From Balanoglossus misakiensis (taxonomy: Eukaryota > Animalia > Hemichordata): 64,000 nt of DNA. Of this stretch, positions 27,071-37,778 are shown piece by piece; within the stretch, counting starts at the first letter, position 1; every line of letters begins with the position of its first letter. Under the pieces are notes generated by a model. It made no database searches. It saw only the letters and a list, made by a program, of their open reading frames with translations, and was not told the origin of the DNA. The position numbers and the translations under genes were made by a program. The stretch spans positions 12,086,415 to 12,150,414 of the forward strand of contig CM082582.2 of the NCBI GenBank assembly GCA_040954595.2, in the 5' to 3' direction.

Positions 27071-30000
27071 TTACATGCTGGCCTGGTACTCTAAAAACAA
27101 GAGCTGATCAATAAGGAAACAATCGCTTGGATTCTTGACAAACTTCTTCAGCCCTGACATCAACTTGGCCTCGTCCACCGATTGGTCTCCAGCACCCTCA
27201 CCAAATCTTGCCGATTTCAAGTAATCATAGGCTTGCTTGAAAGCCTTCTTGCCCAGCTTCTTCTCACATTCACTGAGTGAATAGTTAAGGGGAAAAAATT
27301 GCATATTCACGCTCACCTTTCCGCTCTGACACATCTTGTTTGAAATTCATTAATAATTATAAATCTGTGATTCTATCACGGTAAAAACACACAACAAACT
27401 GGATGGATGTCCAAAGTCAAAGGATACGCTCTGAGGTTCTTGATCTTGCTCATTCTAACTGTTGGGGAGAATATCCCTAGTGAACCATCTGCAACTGTGT
27501 CTTGTGCTATAGAGAGAGACAGAACAAAAACTAAACATGCTAATGAAATGAAGACACTGTCTCTAAGCAGCCAGTGTTGGCTATGTGAAATATTAACACC
27601 TGGTGATTCTAAGTGAAGAAGAAAAGACCCACCTGGGTTTGAGTGTTCCAACGCCTGCTGCATGGCACCAATGAGGGCATTGACATCATCCTAGAGTTCA
27701 AAGACATGGACACAGACAAGACAGTGTTAAAAGCAATTCGGGACTCTCTGGGAAAGGTCTTATGGCTACAACACTCCTGACAGACACATGAATAATGTGA
27801 CAATATCATAAACGTGAACTTGTCAAGAAAAAAATTGTACAACACTTACATCACCATCAGATGCTGATTCAAAATCCTCATGTTGAGAATAGTAGGTTTC
27901 TGCCGCATCTGCGTCTTCAGGGATTTCTCGAAGAATTGCTTCTGGGATCTCTTGCGGAAAGCCACCGGGAACCCCTTGATTGTCTTCCGGGATATCTTGA
28001 AGGATGTTAACTGGATCTTCCCCGAATACTGGTATATTCACTTCAACTTGCTTATTGCCTGGTTGCTTGGCAACAGCCTGCTTGGGCAGACTCTTTGCAG
28101 CTGTTGGTGTCTGTCCTACCTTCGAGGGCGCTGCCTGTTTTTTGTTCTGCGGCTGGTTCTTCTGCGGTGGTTGGTTTCTGGGTTTGCCTGCCTTCAAACC
28201 TGGTGGGACGGCATTTGCGATATTGGGGTCATCCCAATTGATTGGTTTGGTCATGGGGGTGATTGGACGGTCTTCGTAGCTGCCAGTGCCGAAAGGAGCT
28301 GAAACCAGAACAGAAATCAATATTTGAGATCTTTCATCTTTGATTTTATGAAATTTTGGTTTGTGAACAAATGACAAAATCAGGTGACAATATTTTGAGG
28401 ATATGAAATCATGTTTACCTGTGGAAGGTCTGATTGGCCGATCATCGTAGGAAGTATATGATGTTGGTGCTGCAATGATAAAAACAAATTTATTACTCTG
28501 GGAAAAGATAACAACCGACCACCCCAGTGACAACCTGGATAGCACGGCATACCAGTACAAAATCGCATGACAGCAGCAAATGATTTCTTCACACATCTTG
28601 GAGTATGATGAACGCCACATCAAAAAATTCATTCCTGTCTAGCAAAGAAGTCTCCATGCAGGTACAAATGTAGCAAAGTTAATTAATCGAAAGGGACAGA
28701 GTTGAAGATCAGAAGCAAGTGAATAAAAACATGCATGAAAAGTATATGTACTCTGTAGCAAGATCTGTGAGAAACAAATGTATACATGATGTCATTAGTA
28801 TGGAAATGTGTGACAAAATGGTGGCTTCAGTTGTTACAACTGCATATGCAAGGCAAATTATTCCCTGATCATTTCAAATGGCCAGGTTGACAGCATGCTT
28901 TCATGTTAAAGGATTTTGTAACAAAAAAAGTTCAGATAGTTGATCTCCATATCAAAACCATTCCCATGTTTCACTTTATAAAGATTACATGCTCATTTAT
29001 TCTCAGTGAATTCATTGCTTGGTCCCACACCCTCAGTGGGATAACATTTAGTTCCAGCTCTTACTGATCCCATCATTTTTTAATGGTTAATTATCGCAGG
29101 CAGTGACAGCGCAAAAAATCCATGCAAGCACTCGTCCCAAACCGATCTGATGAAACTTAGCCACCAACTACACACCCTTGTTTTTCAGCTGGCTTACCAC
29201 TGTCACATTGTGTATTCTCTTCGCCATTGAGCTTGCTATTTGGGGTTAGTGACTTGTCACCTTTGAGAACGGTGTAGGTGGCGGAAAAATTGGAGTGTCC
29301 TGCGGTGCAAAAAGGCATCAACATTTGAAGGAAAAGAAGAAAGAAGTGAACGAAAGCAAGATAATGAGTGCCCATGTGATAACATCAGAAAACAAAGGAA
29401 AGTACAAGAAGGTTCCTCTCTGATTGTGTCTTCCATTTTGAAACTTCCATCATTTGGTGAGATCATAATTTTGATCCCACAAACAAGACTAGCTGTAATG
29501 GAAATATATGTTTTTAACAATTATGCAAAACAAAAGAAAGAAATACCTTTACATAAGATTTACTTAAGAGGGATTTGCTTACAATGAATAATGGCAGTAT
29601 ATTCTGAAACTGGAGCCCTGCCAACTCAAATTAAGAACATTTTTGCTGAAGTTTATATGGGTATGGTTAGTTATAATGAACAGGACAGTGGAGTTAGAAT
29701 GAACGAATGCAAAAAGTTGCAGCTTTAATCATGAGCATGAAAATATCTGCTGGATTCTTAATTCAATATGAGAAGATTAACTTTTATGTATTACGTAGAA
29801 TATACTGTTTGTCGTGAAGTAAAGAGTGGTGGGTGGGTAGAAATCAACACAGGGGTGAGCAGGATCTTGATTGAGGGGGACAAGGGATAAGGTTGACAGT
29901 TTCATTCTATGCAAGGGGTGAGCAGGATGGCAAGAGAGGAAAACCCATAGGGATGATTAGGATGATTGACACTATTATGACCTCTTGCCATGAAGGCTTA

Positions 30001-33000
30001 CCCAGATCTGGTTTGCTGTTCCCATTGACCTTGACCTTGTCAAGGTCATATATGGAGGTATCACGCATGGGAGAAATTGGCCTGTCGTCGGGATTTCGCA
30101 AGGAGGCTGAAGAAATGTTTCCTGGATGTCATTTTATGGGAAAAGGGCAAAGTAAAACAGGGAATAAGAGAACGGTGTTTCTTGGGTTCGTGTTAAGATA
30201 TTTGCACAAGCATTAGCTATGCGTTTGATAATTAACATTACAGCTCTTCTTCCACCTTTACTGCTATATTACCACCCACCACCACCCTCCTTACCACTAC
30301 TACTACTACAGTCAAACCCAATTAAGTTAGTGACTACCTTTATATGAGGGAAACTTGTCTACAGTGGCCACATTGTTACAGTCCCTGTGCAATTAACATG
30401 TGCATTGATAGGCAGGTGCAATTAACTTGTGCATTGATTGGCCTGTTTATAAAGGCTACCTGTCTTTAAAGGCCAGTTAGGAAGTGTGTTCTACTTACTT
30501 TGTTTTAACATCTATCATAGAACTTTCAACTTTTCAAACAAAAGAGGTCATCATTATTCCTATAGATGATTTCACATTATACATAAAGGATGGCTTCAGA
30601 TTATACATACCAGGTTGCAATGTCGATGACATGTCTCCATATCCCTGAACTGTTCCCATATCCATCTGCCGTTGGTACACCGTGCCCAGGTCCTCTCTCT
30701 CATACAGCATTGTGCCGGAATAGTCCTCCTCCTCATCCGGATAATGTTCAATGTATGTTTCTTGTCCGGTATACACCACAGTTCCCTCTCCAGTTTGCTC
30801 AAATGGGTGACCCTACAAACAAACGTTTAACACTTTTAACCCTCTCGCCTAAATGGTTTGGCCCAAATAATTGTTTTCGATGGCAAAGTTGTATTGTGGG
30901 TTTCATATACTATATTAACACTACACGTAAGTCTCACCTCTCCCCTGCCTCCTTGCCAAGCTGGTCTGTTGTAGGATCCCATCGTCCCCTGTAGTACTGC
31001 TTTCCTTTGGAGGTTTTGAGCAAGGTTGGCCCTGGTGTGCACACTGGAAGAGGATCCAAACAATATCCATGAGTAAAATATATCCACCAGTAAATGTTAG
31101 AGTAAGCTGTCCACAGATACAGGCCCAGGGGGTGTCTGTCCTAGCACCACCCAACCGAGTGACAGTCATGACAGTAGAATAAGAAATTGAACAAACAACA
31201 TGCAAGGGAAGACGCTGAGAACAGCTAGACTTACGTTAATTCTTTTGCTTTCTCGTCCGCTTCTTGCATCTTTCGAAATCTCATCCTCTCTCTCGGAGTC
31301 ATCTTCTTCAGAGATTCCTCCTGAAGATCTTGTAAATGTGTTTTCTCACGTGTGAAGGCGTAGATCTGTTGATGCTGCTGCTCCCGGTCGTCAAAGTCCA
31401 CCTCGCGGTGCTCTACGATCTCTGTCATTCGGTTCTTCATTTTCTGTTCAGATTTGAGATAAAATTTAGTCATACACTGGATGTCAATAACTTTTACAAT
31501 GAGAACTCCAACACCTTACATTTCCACCTTCCTGTACAGAGCGTTATTACTTGATAGTGGAACAGGCAAACACATGTGCAATAAAATTCCACAATTCCAG
31601 GATTCTGCATTAACAGAATCACTGTCACTATGTCAGTTCATACCTCCATGTGTCTGTTCACAAATGGCAACTTCAAAATTTCTGCAGCTGCCGGTCTGTG
31701 CGAAGGGTCTTTCACCAACACTCTGAGAAACAGAAAGAAGTCATATGTTAGAGTGGGAGAAGACTCATGTATGATTCACAATTTCAACTCCTGTGGTTAT
31801 ATCATTTTGTAACACTTAATACACAAACTCCCATAGCTGGCCATCCATAATGAATGGCTACACAGTTTGCTCAATATTAACAATGATCCAGGCCAGTCGA
31901 CATTTACTTACTTTTCTAGAACTAACTGGATGTTCTTGTCATATTTGTCTGGTATCTTGGGGATCTTGCCTTCCACAATCTTATACATAACACCCATAAG
32001 TGATTGTCCTTCAAACGCATGTTCCAAGGCACACAGTTCATATAAAATACATGCTATTGACCTGAAAAAGGCCATACATGGGCATACATAAATTAGATGT
32101 GCATGAATTTCTTCAACTACAATGTATTTACTGGCAGATCGGGGTGACAGCGTTGGATTTTATAAAGAAAGAAATACTCACCAAACATCTGACTTTGAAT
32201 TGTAGCCTTCATGTTTGAGTACCTCAGGACTCATGTAATACGGGGTACCGGTGAAAGTACTAGCCATGTCTGTTGTGCCCATTAAAACTCTTGAGATACC
32301 AAAGTCTCCAATTTTACACATGTTGTTCTTTAAAAATATATTCCTGGTTTTCAAGTCTCTGTGCAAGACTCGCCTGTTTATAACAAAGTAACACATTATG
32401 AATGACACAAATAGTATTTGTTGCTTGGTGCAATTTCAGAGTATGTCATGTAATGATTATAAGTCCATAGAATACAAATACAGGAGTCTCTGTGAAATAC
32501 CAGGGGTCTCTGTATTAAACATGTAAGAGATGTGTGGTTGCACTGATATTACCTTCCGTGCATGTAGTCGACAGCCAACGCAAGCTGCACAAACCAATCC
32601 ATGATTTGGTTTTGGTCAAATGATTTGCCTTGCTTCTTGGATTTTGTGATTCTTTCATCCAAATCACCACCCTGTCAAGAAAATAACAAGATATCTTCAA
32701 GTATCCACAAGTTTCCTTCTGGAGCAAACATCACAGGGACCAGAACTTTGGCACTGTACAAATTTTATTAATGCTGATTCAGCAAATTAAGTTACAAGTT
32801 ACATTTTCAAACTCTAAATTGATGGACTTGGTATGGACCTACCTCACAGTATTCCGTAATGAGACAGAAAAATTCACCATCCAGGAAACTGTCGAAAAAT
32901 TTCACAATTCCCGGATTCTTGAGTCTGGACAACAGTTTGGCTTCATGGACGGCATCTACAGTCTCATCCGGAGCAAGCTCACCGACCGCTATCTCTTTCA

Positions 33001-33289
33001 ACACTTTGCTGTGATTACAAGAGAACGATGATTGGAAACATAGAAATCAATGGTTCAGAAATGGGTTGCAGCGCTGTATATCTTATGCATAATTTGGAGA
33101 AGTAGTCAAATACATGTACTCCACTTACCTTTCTTCATCTCCTTTCTTGACTTTCATATCAAACACTAAGAATGCCGTACCAAAATTACCACTACCCAGT
33201 TTCTTCTCCACTCGGTATCGGTTGGCCAACACTCTGTGGTCACTTTTGTCAACCTCCTTGGGTTTCTTCACTCCTCGCGCTGGCGGCAT
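27071..33289 (-). CDS. NEK11: NIMA-related kinase NEK11, multi-exon
   Basis: ATG at 33289 (MPPARG...VLANRYRVEKKLGSGNFGTAFLV). Kinase motifs VLKEI, FLDGEFFCLITEYCE, HRDLKTRNIFL, DFG and GTPYYMSPE lie on successive GT-AG exons. MTPRERMR coiled coil and NEK11-type C-terminus (AFKQAYDYLK...CFLIDQLLFLE); stop at 27071-27073. Some central exons are uncertain. Confidence 0.92.
30307..30480 (+). mobile_element. Truncated Tc1/pogo-like MITE fragment in a NEK11 intron
   Basis: Begins TA|CAGTCAAACC, a Tc1/mariner-type terminus after TA. Contains an internal direct repeat, GTGCAATTAACWTGTGCATTGAT x2. The opposite terminus was not found. Confidence 0.35.
30836..30891 (+). mobile_element. Degenerate partial copy of the TTAA-flanked MITE at 41828-41912
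   Basis: ttaaccctctcgcctaaatggtttggcccaaataattgttttcgatggcaaagttg aligns with the reverse complement of the 41.8 kb element (ttaaccctttcaccaccatggttcagtccaaagccattgttttttatggtaaggttg). Confidence 0.55.
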
Positions 33290-33599
33290 TGTTGATTTTT
33301 CTGAAGTTTTTAACGTCAACACTGAAACACACCTGGAGAAAAGCTTGACACCAGCCAATCAGTCCATTTAATTGAAATCTTGTTCAATGTTTGTATCCAC
33401 ACACGTCACACGAAGTATGACAGCTTTATCAGAACTTGAAGTGTTCACCTGTGACAGTTAACATGAGGACAACTGCTTGCAATTTGAGTTTCCTGCCTAC
33501 ATGTTAGTCCTGTATGACAATGAAAGAACAAGAGAATAATCTAATTTTACTCAATTTTCATTTATTTTCTCAAGTCATGTATAATTTACGTAGTACATG

Positions 33600-34200
33600 T
33601 ATCATGCATGTAACGTAACAACGTCACCACTCCCCGTGTGTTGACTTGTATATGCTTTCTTCAAATCAACGTGGTGGAAAACAGTGTACACAAAGGGCAA
33701 CATGTCACAGTTTTCGCGGCACGACTTTGAAATGCACAACTAAGCACAACAAGTGTCAATCGATGAACAGTAAACAAACCTGGACTAGTTGTAACAGGAC
33801 GCAGCCATCTTGAAGCGAGACGCTAGGATTCTTTTGGTCTCCAAGTAGTTACCGACACGCCTGTCAAGAATGGCGCATTCAAAACGATAAGTATGAGCTA
33901 TTGCATGCAAAAACACTCTTCCCTAGACGGAGAAATGATATGTTTCTGATATTTTTCTCAAGTTCTGGAGACACCTACTTTCAGCAGCTGAAGTGTCACC
34001 CTTGTACGCGTTGCACCATGGGAACGTGTAAACTAATGGGAATGGGCATGCGCAAGGAAGATGTGAAAACGAGGCAGAAGGGAACTCCCCGACTCTCATT
34101 TCATGCATTTGCTTCCGGGTTGGCTGTTTGTTTATTTGTATCATCGCATCATGCACGTTGTAACGTAAGTGATGATGTCAACAAGGTACGATGAGGAACA
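33600..34200. promoter_or_regulatory. Bidirectional promoter NEK11 / ASTE1 copy A
   Basis: The divergent ATGs are 1065 bp apart. Local CpG enrichment, YY1-like AAGATGGC (minus, near 33805) and AATGGCG (plus, near 33870), E2F-like TTTTCGCGGC at 33711-33720. Both genes have 5'UTR splice acceptors (near 33333 and 34324). Confidence 0.65.
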
Positions 34201-34353
34201 TTGAGCCCAATTCATCATCCCTCAGGTCGACAAGCCAGTGCATAGTTTAAACTAATATTCAAGATCTTGAGCTCTACAGCTGGTGTGCACATACATGTAC
34301 ATAACATGCTGATTGCTTGTTCAGTGGTGGCCACTACTGTTGGAATATAAAAG

Positions 34354-36585
34354 ATGGGAGTACTTGGTCTGACGTCATTCATAGAGAACAACCCACAACT
34401 ACTGGAGTCTTTGAATCTCCATGACACCAGACTAGTGGTCGATGGGCATGGTCTAGTACATTGGCTATTCCATCACAACAAGATCGGCTTCAAACATGGT
34501 GGAAATTATGCTCAATACGAAGAACTCTGCAAGATTTTCTTCCAGTTTCTGAAGCTGTGCAACATCCAGGCTTATGTTTTATTCGATGGCGCATATGACG
34601 TTGATGACAAGAAACTCCAGACTGTGAAGGAGCGGGCCAAGCAGCAGATACTGAGGTCTCGCAATATAATAAATGGAGGTGGTGATAAGATTCTACCTGT
34701 GTTTGCATTTGAGGTGTTCGTCAAAGTTGTGGAAGTGATGGAGATCCCATTTGTGTTTTGCGATTTTGAAGCTGACAATGACATCGTAGCGCTGGCTAAT
34801 GCGTGGCAATGTCCAGTCCTTGGACAGGACAGTGATTTCTTCATCTTTGACATCAAGGCTGGGTACATACAGCTTGCACATCTCTGGTGGAAAAATCCTT
34901 GCATTCTGCATACCCGGGAAGATAGTGAGCAGACGGAAGAATGCCGTAAAGCATTCAAAATGAAAAAGTATTATGTCAAGGCAGAGATGTACACACAGCA
35001 GAGGTTCTGTTCCCAGTTCAGTTTTGATAAGAATCTTGTTCCACTGATGGCCAGCCTGCTAGGAAATGATTACATCCCATCTGAAACCTTCAAGGATTTC
35101 TACAGCCAGATTCGTCTGCCAGCCCACTTTGTCAAAAGCGTATCCAGGAGAAATGCTCATGTTCAGGGGACTATCTACTGGTTGTCAGACTTCGATGATG
35201 TGAAAGCAGCCAGCTCTGCTGTGCTGAAATACCTGAGAAAGACAGACAGGGAACCGATCAGAAAGAAATTAGAAACATCCATGCAGATGTATGACCTCCA
35301 GGAAGGGTCCAAGTTCATGAACTACTTTGATCGAAGGCACATGGACGCAGGACTGCTGTTGTTGCCAGAATGCCAAGAGTTGGCAGGGTGGTCAGTTGCT
35401 TTGTTCAGACGAGGGCGTCTTCCATCATTCTGTGTCAATGTCATCTGCCAGAGACGACATTTCGCCTTTGACCTGATAGAAGACATTATGGAGAGAAGCT
35501 GCAACCTGTGCTCGCTGTACATCAGGAAGACTCTGTACGGTATTCTGCTCAAGCAGTCAGGAAGAGGAGAAAATGAAACTTGTGGAGACGGCGCGCAAGG
35601 GGGTGTTGTCAGCGCAAAGAAGAACAAGCATCATGTTGTGGAGTTTGACAGAGACTGTTTAGAACTGCGGCAAACTCACGTTGAACCCTTGCACGTCCTT
35701 CCATCTTATGGCGACATACCACACCTGTTGGATATCCCAACTCTGTCCGAATCTTCCAGGAAGTGCCTGATCATGGAAGTCCTGGGAGCTGATCCGGCAG
35801 TATTGGAGCACATTCCACCAGAAATCCATCTTCCGATGGCTGTCACCATCTTCTGGGTGAACAATGCAGAACCCAAGGTTTCAACCACCCACCTGCAGGC
35901 TTTGTTACTGGGATTTGTGAGAGGGTATCTCCTGGATGTTTATGCTCAGGAGATGCAGGCAAGTCAAGAGATGGGTGGAGATTGCAGCATTCAAGACTCT
36001 GCAGTGGAGGGAGCATGTTCTCAACAGACAGGGGAATCAACACCCTGTAAGGATGATGCACAACACAGCATGAAGCAGTTGCTGGTGGCAGCATTCAGGA
36101 AACACGAGGATGCCTATAAACGAGACAGACTGAGTCTAAGTGCAGTCCAGGTGTACGCTCAGTGGCAGAGCTGCATGAAGTATGCAGCATTCTTAAATCT
36201 GGTTCTCTGCCAACCGTATCCTGTTCCTGACATGACGATGTTGTACAGTGGTACCCTTGTTCACAGCATGAATGCAGTGTTGCATTCTCTGCTGAAAACA
36301 GAAACAGACGACTGGATCCAAACCACTCTGCTGGAAGAGCTTACGGACGCCTACAAACTGTATGCATCTCTGCACACGTCAGTCATATCATGCCTCTCTC
36401 CAGGTGCACTGTATCAGAAAAATCCCAGAAAGCCCAAAAATGTCCCAGGTGTCACTTCAGAGGTCAAGGGTCAGAGCCAACAGGGTGAGACCAGAGGGCA
36501 GAGTTCCAGTCCACCTGTGACATATGAAGTGAACTGTGATATTGTCAACAGATTTGCCGGTCTAACAACAACTGACGAAGACTGA
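34354..36585 (+). CDS. ASTE1: Protein asteroid homolog 1 (XPG/FEN1-like PIN nuclease), copy A, 743 aa, intronless CDS
   Basis: MGVLGLTSFI N-terminus; acidic motifs VVDG, FDGA, EADNDI, GQDSDFFIF and LLGNDY; asteroid C-terminal motifs (YAQWQSC, LNLVLCQPYP). Head-to-head with NEK11. Confidence 0.93.
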   Translation: MGVLGLTSFIENNPQLLESLNLHDTRLVVDGHGLVHWLFHHNKIGFKHGGNYAQYEELCKIFFQFLKLCNIQAYVLFDGAYDVDDKKLQTVKERAKQQILRSRNIINGGGDKILPVFAFEVFVKVVEVMEIPFVFCDFEADNDIVALANAWQCPVLGQDSDFFIFDIKAGYIQLAHLWWKNPCILHTREDSEQTEECRKAFKMKKYYVKAEMYTQQRFCSQFSFDKNLVPLMASLLGNDYIPSETFKDFYSQIRLPAHFVKSVSRRNAHVQGTIYWLSDFDDVKAASSAVLKYLRKTDREPIRKKLETSMQMYDLQEGSKFMNYFDRRHMDAGLLLLPECQELAGWSVALFRRGRLPSFCVNVICQRRHFAFDLIEDIMERSCNLCSLYIRKTLYGILLKQSGRGENETCGDGAQGGVVSAKKNKHHVVEFDRDCLELRQTHVEPLHVLPSYGDIPHLLDIPTLSESSRKCLIMEVLGADPAVLEHIPPEIHLPMAVTIFWVNNAEPKVSTTHLQALLLGFVRGYLLDVYAQEMQASQEMGGDCSIQDSAVEGACSQQTGESTPCKDDAQHSMKQLLVAAFRKHEDAYKRDRLSLSAVQVYAQWQSCMKYAAFLNLVLCQPYPVPDMTMLYSGTLVHSMNAVLHSLLKTETDDWIQTTLLEELTDAYKLYASLHTSVISCLSPGALYQKNPRKPKNVPGVTSEVKGQSQQGETRGQSSSPPVTYEVNCDIVNRFAGLTTTDED

Positions 36586-37778
36586 AAAGATTAACAAAAA
36601 TATTACTGCAAATTACTGCCACAGATGAAATTTATATTATTTAGTTTTATATTGTGATGTATTCACTATCAAATCATCTTTACAGATATTAAAATTGAAG
36701 AGCTTTACAAGACTGTTGTGGTGTGGTCTCTTTCACTTTCTTTTTGTTCTTTTTCGATGGGACTGCGCTCTCTATCGACAGCCCTGTGAACCATTTGATC
36801 ATCAGTCAGCCCACCCGATCGTCATCATTTCATAGAAAAGTAATGAATGCCCTGTAAAACGAAAGCTGTGTAAAACGAAAGCTGTAACATTGGGCATACT
36901 ACCAGCACATTTCCAGACAATGAAGCCATCAGGAACACTACACCAGTAATTTTATTCTGGAATCTTTCAATTGACAGTATACGTGCATACAATGGAGTCT
37001 CTACCTACATAATTTGATGAAAGGCAAAAATTATAGCCTGCGATTGATATAAGTTGTATATAATGATCGTATGGCAAGTTCTTTACTATGCGAGTGATAT
37101 TTTGTGATATGTCTGCAGATCAAAGCTCGCTTATGTATTCAATATTTATGGTTTCATTCACTACGGGGGCCAAAAAAGGTCAGAAAACACACAAAGCCCT
37201 CTATTCTATTCTTGTTTTTCATTTCTCTATGGTCTCTATGGTCTGTACTTGATCGTATATCTGAATCCCAGCTAACCCCTCACCGCATATGAAGCTCGCA
37301 TCTAAAAACTTAGTAGGCATATCTAAGCAGCCGATTGAATAAAATATATAACCTTTCGTTGATAAAACCGAATACAGGATTCTTACATTATAAAAGTTTG
37401 TTTTCTTGCATAAAAAGATCTGTTCAGTAAATCTAAGAAGACATCGATATTGATATCAGGACAAGCCGTCAATCCCTAATAACGCATTTCCATCCCCAAA
37501 AAGTTATGTTGGATATCGAGTGACGTGAAATTTTCTGGACTTTAAATTTAAGTTATTGTTTCATTCAGCTAATGACACAAATGCTACCGAAATGAACTAT
37601 TGATATAATTTGATGCCATGCACCCGATTAAAAATAAAGATTCTTCTGTGGTGCATTTTTTTATTCTTTGGAAAACTAAGCCAGCCCTAATTTCAAGGGC
37701 TGCCCATGGGTGCCCTCGATGTGTGAGACAGGGATTTGAAGATTGATCTCGAGCAAGCAGTTTTCTCTTTCACTTCTT

